Positions 1 to 7,900 of a stretch of DNA of 20,449 nt are shown piece after piece. Each line of letters begins with the position of its first letter. The stretch's first letter is position 1. The position numbers were made by a program, and so were the translations under genes. The DNA lies in the UHGV virus genome UHGV-0138820; one strand, given 5' to 3'. This DNA is from a virus. The notes under the pieces are model-generated. The model did not search any database, was not told the origin of the DNA, and worked only from the letters and a program-made list of their open reading frames with translations.

Positions 1-239
1 TCATTTTCAGCTTTCGCATCAGCTAACTCCTTCGTGTATTTTGCATCGAGCGCAGCAACATCACGCTGACGCATCTGTATGTCAGTAATTGCCGCGTTCG
101 CCAGCGTCAGTTCTCTGGCATTTTTGTCGCGCTGGGCTTTGTAGGTAATCGCGTTATCGCGGTAATGATTAACCGCCCATGAAAGGCAGACGATGACGCA
201 GATAACCAGAGCGGAGATAATCGCGGTTATTCTGCTCAT
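1..239 (-). CDS. Rz: Spanin Rz, inner-membrane subunit (partial; C-terminus lies beyond window start)
   Basis: Own translation of the minus strand from ATG at 237-239: [53 protein letters not shown]..., near-identical to lambda Rz as recalled. Start overlaps the R stop (ATGA). An embedded +1-frame start resembling Rz1 (MRKLKM...) begins at coordinate 19 and runs off the window. Confidence 0.85.
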   Translation of the reverse strand, partial: MSRITAIISALVICVIVCLSWAVNHYRDNAITYKAQRDKNARELTLANAAITDIQMRQRDVAALDAKYTKELADAKAEN

Positions 240-712
240 ACCTCACTCTCTCTGAGCGTTCCGCCAGCTTCTTTGAATTTTGCAATCAGGCTGTCAGCCT
301 TATGCTCGAACTGACCATAACCAGCGCCCGGCAGTGAAGCCCAGATATTGCTGCAACGGTCGATTGCCTGACGGATATCACCGCGATCAATCATCGGTAA
401 AGCACCACGCTCTTTAATCTGCTGTAATGCCACTGCGTCCTGGCTTTTGGGGGAGAAGTCTTTCAAACCAAGCTGTTTACGGTAAGCATCCCACCAGCGT
501 GAAAGAAGCTGATAACGTCCGGCGGCTGTTGATTTGAGTTTGGGGTGTAGCGTGACAAGTTTGCGAGGGTGATCGGAGTAATCAGTAAACAGTTCGCCGC
601 CAACAATAACATCATAACCGTGGTTACGTGTCGGTTGTCGCCCGTTATCCGTTCCTTCTGACCACGCCAACATATCGAGGAAGGCTTTACGCTGAGGATT
701 AAGATTTTGCAT
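236..712 (-). CDS. R: Endolysin R (lambda R-type lytic transglycosylase)
   Basis: 158-aa ORF; the sequence ...[48 protein letters not shown]... matches lambda R as recalled. It sits between holin and Rz as in the lambda lysis cassette. Confidence 0.9.
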   Translation of the reverse strand: MQNLNPQRKAFLDMLAWSEGTDNGRQPTRNHGYDVIVGGELFTDYSDHPRKLVTLHPKLKSTAAGRYQLLSRWWDAYRKQLGLKDFSPKSQDAVALQQIKERGALPMIDRGDIRQAIDRCSNIWASLPGAGYGQFEHKADSLIAKFKEAGGTLRESEV

Positions 713-1016
713 TTTTCACCCCTGTCAGTCGTTCCCAGAAGTACGTCAGTGCAACCGAACCCATCGCACCACTAATCCCCGCTGTCGCGAGAATCATGTA
801 AATACTGAATCCACTTTCGATGCTGATCAGGCCACCAATAACACCGGTGAATCCTGATACCACTATTTGAGCCAGAGCATTTATCCAACTCCACGTTGCT
901 TTACTCTGCTTCACATCTATCAGGTAGCGGACCAGACCGCCCCAACCTGCGATGATCAGCAAAACGAGCCAGAACGCTCCGGCAAGGCTCTCTTTTTCGT
1001 GCATATGAATAGCCAA
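699..1016 (-). CDS. Putative holin (three predicted TM segments); start uncertain (TTG at 1016 or ATG at 1004)
   Basis: Lies immediately upstream of R and overlaps its start by 14 nt. Three hydrophobic helices are visible (LAGAFWLVLLIIAGWGGLV, WINALAQIVVSGFTGVIGGLISI, FSIYMILATAGISGAMGSVAL). It is not lambda S by sequence, so the call is positional and topological. Confidence 0.6.
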   Translation of the reverse strand: MAIHMHEKESLAGAFWLVLLIIAGWGGLVRYLIDVKQSKATWSWINALAQIVVSGFTGVIGGLISIESGFSIYMILATAGISGAMGSVALTYFWERLTGVKNAKS

Positions 1017-1118
1017 TGTTTCGCCGCCGACAAAAGGCCGGGACGTTAAATGTCAGAAATCAGGCTCACGGGGTAATTTAACGACAAAGCACGGAGTTGA
1101 TGCTCCCCGCAAGCCTGG

Positions 1119-1144
1119 AATAAAAAAGCCAGCATGTAGCTGGC
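1119..1144 (-). terminator. Rho-independent terminator candidate (minus strand) between Q-like gene and holin
   Basis: On the minus strand: GCCAGC-tacat-GCTGGC followed by TTTTTTATT. Confidence 0.5.
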
Positions 1145-1221
1145 AACAGAGGGTTAAGCAATATCAACTCAACAACTGAAGACACCCTGGCTGGGGTAGG
1201 TTGGAAGGCTACTCACCGTTC

Positions 1222-1258
1222 AGAAACAGAAAAGCCCAAGGCTTTAAACCTCGGGCTT
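1222..1258 (-). terminator. Rho-independent terminator candidate (minus strand), possible tR'-like site downstream of Q-like gene
   Basis: On the minus strand: AAGCCCGAGG-tttaaa-GCCTTGGGCTT (10-bp stem with one G-U pair) followed by TTCTGTTTCTG. The stem is weaker on the plus strand (A-C mismatch). Confidence 0.5.
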
Positions 1259-1266
1259 GAATTTGG

Positions 1267-1302
1267 ATTACTGCCAGTGCGTACAACATTGGCAAAATAT
1301 CA
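1267..1302 (-). promoter_or_regulatory. Candidate late promoter (PR'-like) downstream of Q-like gene
   Basis: Two alternative sigma70-like arrangements on the minus strand: TTGCCA-N17-AGTAAT (1295..1267) or an extended -10 TGaTATTTT (1302..1294). Positional inference only; the first would place the start site inside the downstream hairpin. Confidence 0.25.
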
Positions 1303-1325
1303 GATTTACATAAAATATATGATTT

Positions 1326-2015
1326 TTAATCCAGTTTTGCAATATCTTGCTGTGAAAATATGGTCTTTTGTTTTGAACGTGTTTTCGTTAAAAGCAATAA
1401 AGCTTGGCTATCAAGCTGTAGAAAAATGTGCTTCATTGCAATCCAGCGTTCAGTAAATGTCTCAGACCAGTTTTTTGATGTCACTCCCACCAGTGATGCC
1501 AGCTCCTGGTATTCATAGGTCTTACGCCCTGCCAGCTCGTTCTTCACATCCTGTGCCGCCAGCCAGATCAACTTCTTCAAACGTTCCAGTGTTTTACCTG
1601 CAATTTTCCTGGTACCCAACAGAGTCTTAAACTCGCTCCATGCCCACTGCGTTATGGTGACCTGATGTTCCCAGCGAACACTTTCGCTGTAACTCCACAG
1701 CAACCACGCTTTCTGATGTTCTTCGAGAGACAGAACCGCGCGGCGCCATGACGAGGTTGAGAACTCAACCTGGCTGACCAGTGCAATGGATGAACCTTTT
1801 GCGTACAACTGCTTACCGGAAATCGGCGGATTATCCAGCGTAATCATCCTGCCAGTTACCTCATCCAGAATGCGCGGCTTCTTTCGTTTGTATGTACCAG
1901 TATCAAATTGTGCATGCTCCAGCCAGGCTTCAAGCTGTCCTTTCGTTGCTCCGCTCAAATCAGCGGTAGCCACAATGAGTTGCTCGCGGACATACTGTAA
2001 ATATTGGGTATTCAT
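1326..2015 (-). CDS. Putative late-gene antitermination protein Q (positional assignment)
   Basis: 229-aa ORF between ylcG/rusA and the lysis cassette, where lambdoid phages carry Q. Its ATG overlaps the ylcG stop (ATGA). It has no cysteines, so it is not a lambda/82-type zinc-finger Q; family unverified. Confidence 0.5.
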   Translation of the reverse strand: MNTQYLQYVREQLIVATADLSGATKGQLEAWLEHAQFDTGTYKRKKPRILDEVTGRMITLDNPPISGKQLYAKGSSIALVSQVEFSTSSWRRAVLSLEEHQKAWLLWSYSESVRWEHQVTITQWAWSEFKTLLGTRKIAGKTLERLKKLIWLAAQDVKNELAGRKTYEYQELASLVGVTSKNWSETFTERWIAMKHIFLQLDSQALLLLTKTRSKQKTIFSQQDIAKLD

Positions 2016-2152
2016 GCGGCAGCTCCTTTCAGTGTTTTGGCGTAATTCTTCAGTATCCGGTAATCGGTCAAAACAGAACTAGGAAAACGATATAAGCGCA
2101 GGCGCACCCAGCGGCGGCGAAGACGTTCTGCCATATAAGACTCAAACATCAT
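2012..2152 (-). CDS. ylcG: YlcG-like small protein (46 aa), not in the supplied ORF track
   Basis: Own translation: [46 protein letters not shown], matching DLP12 YlcG as recalled. Start overlaps the rusA stop and stop overlaps the Q-like start (ATGA in both cases). Confidence 0.7.
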   Translation of the reverse strand: MMFESYMAERLRRRWVRLRLYRFPSSVLTDYRILKNYAKTLKGAAA

Positions 2153-2511
2153 TCATCTCCCAGTTCAGTGATAGTCAGCTCCAGCTTCCCACCTTTGGTA
2201 ACGGGCATCTTCACAACGCGGTAATCAACGACCTGAGCATCATCCAGCCAGAAACCTGCTTTGGTGAGTGCGTCAAAAGCGGCCTTTTGCAGATTATCAA
2301 GGTCACGGCGACGGCGATCCGGCATGTGGCACTCAATGCTGATTTTCACAGGAATAGCCAGGCCGATATCCAGCATTGCGTTTTTAATGATTCGGGCGAC
2401 ATTATCGCGGTATGCCTGCCCCTCTGCGCTGATATGCGTGCGTCCGCGATTATGGCGGTAATAGCGATTATTGCTCGGCGGCCAGGGTAGTGTGATGCAG
2501 TAAGTATTCAC
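2149..2511 (-). CDS. rusA: Holliday junction resolvase RusA
   Basis: 120-aa [54 protein letters not shown]..., near-identical to E. coli DLP12 RusA as recalled. The start codon is GTG at 2509-2511, overlapping the ybcO stop. Confidence 0.9.
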   Translation of the reverse strand: MNTYCITLPWPPSNNRYYRHNRGRTHISAEGQAYRDNVARIIKNAMLDIGLAIPVKISIECHMPDRRRRDLDNLQKAAFDALTKAGFWLDDAQVVDYRVVKMPVTKGGKLELTITELGDE

Positions 2512-2798
2512 GCCTTAATTACCCCCTCTTTCAGCCAGATAACCTGTGTTCTCGCCATACCTTCCAGCGCACATTCTTTTGCATATCCAGCGTCAACAAA
2601 ATGCGTGCGACGGTCGATTTCGTCGTGGCAGGCAGAACATGCAATGGTGGCAATCAGGTCTGGCGGTTTGATACCGGTACCGCACAATCCAGCCAGCCGG
2701 ATATGTGCCAGTACTGACGTTTCAGGATTGCCATTACATACGCCAGGGATTCTTACCTGGCATTCCCGACCACGCGCTGCTTTTCTCAAGTCAGCCAT
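2508..2798 (-). CDS. ybcO: YbcO-like protein (DUF1364, putative nuclease)
   Basis: The track ORF 2508..2837 contains [35 protein letters not shown]..., matching YbcO (96 aa). The internal ATG at 2796-2798 is chosen as start because it overlaps the ninE stop. Confidence 0.85.
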   Translation of the reverse strand: MADLRKAARGRECQVRIPGVCNGNPETSVLAHIRLAGLCGTGIKPPDLIATIACSACHDEIDRRTHFVDAGYAKECALEGMARTQVIWLKEGVIKA

Positions 2799-2961
2799 GA
2801 TTCCTCCTTGCTGCCAGTCGCAACCATTTTTTATCAACCAGGCTGGCGGTATATCCGAGCAGTGTTGGTATTTCGGATGGTTTCAGCTCAGGCTTACGCT
2901 TACGACGATTTGGTACTCTGTAGATGTGTCCGTTCATGACACGAATAAGCGGTGTAGCCAT
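2791..2961 (-). CDS. ninE: NinE (56 aa), not in the supplied ORF track
   Basis: Own translation: [56 protein letters not shown]. Its ATG shares one base with the ybcN stop (TAATG). Confidence 0.85.
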   Translation of the reverse strand: MATPLIRVMNGHIYRVPNRRKRKPELKPSEIPTLLGYTASLVDKKWLRLAARRNHG

Positions 2962-3416
2962 TACGCCTCCTGCTTGTCGCGCAGCAGCTGGAACTCGCAG
3001 CTCTGCGGAATAGTCAGGTGGCAGCCAATATTCACCGCCCAGGCTTCAACCTTACACAGGAAGACATACATCTCTCCGGTATCGAGATCGGAGGTATGGC
3101 GTAACGACTGGATAGTAGTGATTTCGCCGGTTACGACATCAACCAGGTCCTTGGTTTCATAACCGAGGTATGTGTGTTTGAGAGCATCTTTTACCCATGC
3201 TGCGGTAGCGAACGATTTCCCCCTGCTGATGAGGTATTCACTGATTTCGCTGTACCACATGTGGCTGAGTGCATTCTGGGAAAGACTGCGTTTCTCACGC
3301 CACGGTTTAAGCACCATGCGAAAGCATTTTCCGTTCTCCAGATAAGGCTGGATCTGCTGGCCGATAGCGATGAAGTTACCGCGATGCAGTTTGATGCCAT
3401 CTTGTGGTAGGTTCAC
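2961..3416 (-). CDS. ybcN: YbcN-like protein (NinB-position DNA-binding protein)
   Basis: 151-aa [61 protein letters not shown]..., near-identical to E. coli YbcN as recalled. Confidence 0.85.
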   Translation of the reverse strand: MNLPQDGIKLHRGNFIAIGQQIQPYLENGKCFRMVLKPWREKRSLSQNALSHMWYSEISEYLISRGKSFATAAWVKDALKHTYLGYETKDLVDVVTGEITTIQSLRHTSDLDTGEMYVFLCKVEAWAVNIGCHLTIPQSCEFQLLRDKQEA

Positions 3417-3863
3417 GCTTCACCTCCACAGAGGTCAGACGCTGGATGCAAAAAAACGCAGGTGCATTTCTGCATCTGTGAAGGGAGAAGAGAGTTTGGA
3501 TTGTGTGTGCGCATAAACGTCCCCGTTTAGCGCAGAAGTCACCGGAGTTGTTCAGGCTCCGGTGATACAATTATGGCGAATTGATTATTCATAATCAAAC
3601 AAGATAAGGTCTCAAACTTCATGCAAGCCAAGATTTATTTCTGACAGAATTATACAAAGAAGCTATTGGTCAGAATCTACTCGGACTGTAAAACATACGC
3701 ATAACCTTAAGCTCTCACTTTAAGCATTGTTGAAATAATAGCCGTCAAGTACAACCTTAACCACGACTGGGATATTTTCCTGGCTACCACGAGTTGTACG
3801 GCTATTAAACTGCCGTTAAATTCAGTAAGAGAATTTCATCCGATAAGTCAAGGCATGTAAAAC

Positions 3864-4907
3864 ATGAAAATTAACAAGATATTATCATCTGCAACACTAT
3901 TGTATGGTATGTCAATGGCCATGTCGGTCGGGAGTTGTGCAACACCTGTCCAGACTAATCTTCCTGGTTACACCCCGGGTGCAGATATCATTAGTGTTTC
4001 ACCGACCAGAAACCAGGTCGATCTCATTGGTGATGTTGTTTATTCCCAGATAAAAGGAACTCGTTCTGTCAGACAGCTTCACATGTCAGTTCTTGTCCCG
4101 CGAACAAATGATTTAAAACCAGCCATTATTTATTATCCCGGCGGCGGATTCATGTCTTCTGAACATGACAAATTTATTGAAATGAGAATGGCTCTGGCAG
4201 AAGCTGGTTTTGTTGTGGCCGCTGTAGAATACAGAACAATTCCTGATACATTTCCAGCACCAGTTGAGGATGGAAAAGCTGCAATACGTTACCTGAGAGA
4301 GCATGCCAGCAATTATGGGATTGATCCTCAAAGAATCGGAGTTCTGGGTGACTCTGCCGGTGGATGGCTTGCCCAGATGATGGGAACTACAAATGGTGAC
4401 AAAACCTTTGATAAAGGTGACTTTCTTCAGCAATCCTCAGATGTTCAGGCAGTTGCCACACTTTATGGGATTTCTGACTTGTTGAATATTGGCGAGGGGT
4501 TCCCTGAATCAGTGCAGGAGGTTCATCGCTCTCCTGCCGTAACCGAAGCCTTAATGATCAATGGCCCTGCATTCAGAAATTTTGCGGGAGCCCCCATCAC
4601 AGCGTCAAAAGAAAAAGCGCTAAACGCCAGTCCAATCGGACATATGAAAGGAGTAAAACCCCCATTTCTTATTATGCATGGTAGCAAAGACACTCTGGTT
4701 TCACCTGAGCAAAGCGCCAAACTATTCAGGATGTTGAAGAAGAACGGTGATAACGCTGAGTACGTGCTGGTAGAAGGGGCCGAGCATGGCGATAAGACAT
4801 GGTATCAGCCAATTATTATAAACAGAGTCGTTGAGTGGTTTACTAAAAACCTGGGAGCGCCTATAAAAACAGCTCCCCAACAACAAAACCCAAACGCTAA
4901 CCTGTAA
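3864..4907 (+). CDS. Secreted alpha/beta-hydrolase esterase/lipase, family IV (HSL-like), possible lipoprotein
   Basis: 347-aa ORF with an N-terminal signal peptide (possible lipobox Cys25), oxyanion-hole motif YYPGGGF, nucleophile elbow GDSAGG and a C-terminal EGAEHG carrying the probable catalytic His. Lower GC than the flanking phage genes. Confidence 0.75.
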   Translation: MKINKILSSATLLYGMSMAMSVGSCATPVQTNLPGYTPGADIISVSPTRNQVDLIGDVVYSQIKGTRSVRQLHMSVLVPRTNDLKPAIIYYPGGGFMSSEHDKFIEMRMALAEAGFVVAAVEYRTIPDTFPAPVEDGKAAIRYLREHASNYGIDPQRIGVLGDSAGGWLAQMMGTTNGDKTFDKGDFLQQSSDVQAVATLYGISDLLNIGEGFPESVQEVHRSPAVTEALMINGPAFRNFAGAPITASKEKALNASPIGHMKGVKPPFLIMHGSKDTLVSPEQSAKLFRMLKKNGDNAEYVLVEGAEHGDKTWYQPIIINRVVEWFTKNLGAPIKTAPQQQNPNANL

Positions 4908-4940
4908 AAAGAGGGAGGGCTAAGCCCTCCCCATTCAATT
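4906..4940. terminator. Bidirectional rho-independent terminator between the convergent esterase and adhesin genes
   Basis: GGGAGGGC-taa-GCCCTCCC stem flanked by AAAAA upstream and CATTCAATTTTG downstream, giving U-tracts on both strands. Confidence 0.6.
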
Positions 4941-4943
4941 TTG

Positions 4944-7900
4944 TTAACTATCCTTTTCAGGTAGTTTTACAACATAAGTCCTTATTGTTTTCTCATATGT
5001 ATTTTTGCTATTCGTTATTTTGGCCTTAATCCAGTGATAACCACTTTCATAGGTGCTGAATTCCGAAGCTGCATTACCTGTCCAGTGTAACGTTACTGTA
5101 GCAGGCTCCATTTTGACCCGTTGAGAGTCTGGACTATCTTCACTACCAGCAGAAAACTCAACCGTACCAGATAATGGGTTTCCAAAATGATCGACAAATC
5201 GAGCATAAATACCTACTGGAGATCCATCGTTTGTCTCATAACCAGGATCTTTTGTTAGAGTCAATACTCCATTTGCGTCATCAGCGTACAGGGAGAATGA
5301 TTTCACCGCGCTAACATCACTGCCAAGTTCGTTTAAGGTCGCCGTTAATTTATACGAACCAACCGTTCGACCATGTACGCTTACCGTAGCCTGACCGTTC
5401 TCATCAGTCGTTACTGTGGTTTTATCAACCACCAACGCACCATATTTAGACGGCCCAGATGTCTTAACATTCAATGCTCGACCACTTAATGCTTCGCCTG
5501 ACTTACTTTTCAACAGTAACGTAAATACCAGATTGTTGGTATCGCTCACTACAGCCGAAGATGCAGATGATGTGATCTCCAACACAGCCCCCTTCACATC
5601 CGTCACGGCATCAATATTCTGGCTTGCGGTTATGCGTTTCCCATCCAGAACATACTCGGCCTGAATTGTGTACTGGCCTGATTTCGATGCAGTGAACTGC
5701 GTTGTTGCCTGTCCATGAGCATCCAGTTGCAGATTACTACTGGTCAATGATGCTCCCGTCGATGGTGTAATCGTTAAATCCACCTCGCCTGTAAACGCAT
5801 TGTTATTCGCATCAACCAACTGAATGTTTACTGTTGCGTTTTCACTGCCATCGGCCACAATCTCCTGTTTTGATACACTCATATTCAGTTCTGCAGAAGC
5901 AACATCGGGCACAAAAGTTAACTTAACGCTGCCAGATTCCACGCTATGGGAACCGTCAGTCACCCGTGCAGTCACCGTGTACTCACCAGCTTTCACCGTT
6001 GTAAGCGGAACAGAAACATGCCCTGTTGAATCAGTCACGATATTTGTTGGTACAGATAATCCTTCAGATGAGGTGATGAGCTGAATCTTTTGCCCATTGA
6101 CCGACGCATTCGTATTTGTCAGCTGCACATCTAATACCGCTGCATCCTTACCATTAGCAGGAATATTGGAAATTAAACTACTGCTTTCAGGCGTCAGTGA
6201 CAGTGAAGCTCCGGTCATATTTGATGCAAAGGTCACTGTTAACTCAGTAGACATCTGAGAACCAGCATGAGCTGTAATCACGTAAGACCCCGGAGTGGAG
6301 CTTATTAACGCAAAAATAGCATTACCATTTTCGTCAGTTGAAACAGCATGTTCACCACCAACTTGAGTTATCCCTGCTGGTAAAGACAATGTGACAGCAT
6401 AACCAGGAACAACATTGCCGAAACGGTCCGCAAGGCTTACAGTTACCATATTTCTCTGTTTTCCATCAGCCAATGCATTATTTTGGCTGGCTTCAAACTG
6501 AGAGAATGTAACCTGCTGCCGGTCCTCAATAAAGGTGATTTCTTTCTTAACACCTGAGAAATCATGACTATCAGATTTAACACCGATAGTAATCTTACCA
6601 GCTCGTTTTGAAGTTACTGTCGCGCTATAGACACCGTCTTTTTCCGTTACAGTCCCAAACTCGACTCCTTCTGCCTGGTTAAGAGCATAAAAGCTCAGAG
6701 TGTTATCACCAGTGATTGCATTTCCTTGTGAATCCTTCACTGCCAGTTGTAGATTGATATTGTAACCAACTACCTGTTCTGCTGGTGCAGCGGTTAAAAC
6801 AGCACTGACCTCAGAATCAGGTTCTGTTGCTGCTGTTTGCTTAATACTGAGAGTAAATGTTTTTCCCTGAACTTTTGCAGTTACACGTACCGTACCAGCC
6901 TGCGAACCAGCAGCCAGAACAGAGCGATATACACCAGCAGAGATTTCCTCTACCGCGCCTAATGACGGAGCAGTTACCGTTTCACGCTGTCGAGCACTAT
7001 TGCTATCTGCTGTAAATTCCACTGACATTTCAATGTCATCAGCCAGTCCGGTTAATGCCTTACCGTTACTATCTTTCAGGCTTAATACTATCGGATAAGT
7101 GGATTGGCTATCAGCAGAGATCGTCGGCGACGAATCTCCATCCAGTGTAAAAGACGAATCAGCTGTCGATACATCACTATCAGTAATGGCTGCCTGCTTA
7201 ATATTCAGAGTAAAGGTTTTTCCCTGAACTTTTGCAGTTACACGTACCGTACCAGCCTGCGAACCAGCAGCCAGAACAGAGCGATATACACCAGCAGAGA
7301 TTTCCTCTACCGCGCCTAATGACGGAGCAGTTACCGTTTCACGCTGTCGAGCACTATTGCTATCTGCTGTAAATTCCACTGACATTTCAATGTCATCAGC
7401 CAGTCCGGTTAATGCCTTACCGTTACTATCTTTCAGGCTTAATACTATCGGATAAGTGGATTGGCTATCAGCAGAGATCGTCGGCGACGAATCTCCATCC
7501 AGTGTAAAAGACGAATCAGCTGTCGATACATCACTATCAGTAATGGCTGCCTGCTTAATATTCAGAGTAAAGGTTTTTCCCTGAACTTTTGCAGTTACAC
7601 GTACCGTACCAGCCTGCGAACCAGCAGTCAGAACAGAGCGATATACCCCAGCAGAGATTTCCTCTACCGCGCCTAATGACGGAGCAGTTACCGTTTCACG
7701 CTGTCGAGCACTATTGCTATCTGCTGTAAATTCCACTGACATTTCAATGTCATCAGCCAGTCCGGTTAATGCCTTACCGTTACTATCTTTCAGGCTTAAT
7801 ACTATCGGATAAGTGGATTGGCTATCAGCAGAGATCGTCGGCGACGAATCTCCATCCAGTGTAAAAGACGAATCAGCTGTCGATACATCACTATCAGTAA

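Noticed and set aside
2605-3162. 185-aa plus-strand ORF
   Set aside because: Lies entirely antisense to the well-supported ybcO, ninE and ybcN genes. No RBS or homology support.
3440-3480. Hairpin with a T7 run on the minus strand upstream of ybcN
   Set aside because: The stem contains a mismatch and it would sit upstream of ybcN on the same strand, where no incoming transcript is obvious. Could be a weak insulator but is not supported enough to annotate.
3538-3566. Inverted repeat GTCACCGGAG...CTCCGGTGA(T) as a terminator
   Set aside because: No U-tract follows on either strand and it lies in an intergenic region upstream of the esterase. Possibly a regulatory or REP-like palindrome; too weak to call.
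4113-4433. 106-aa minus-strand ORF inside the esterase gene
   Set aside because: Antisense frame within a CDS that has clear catalytic motifs. No independent support.
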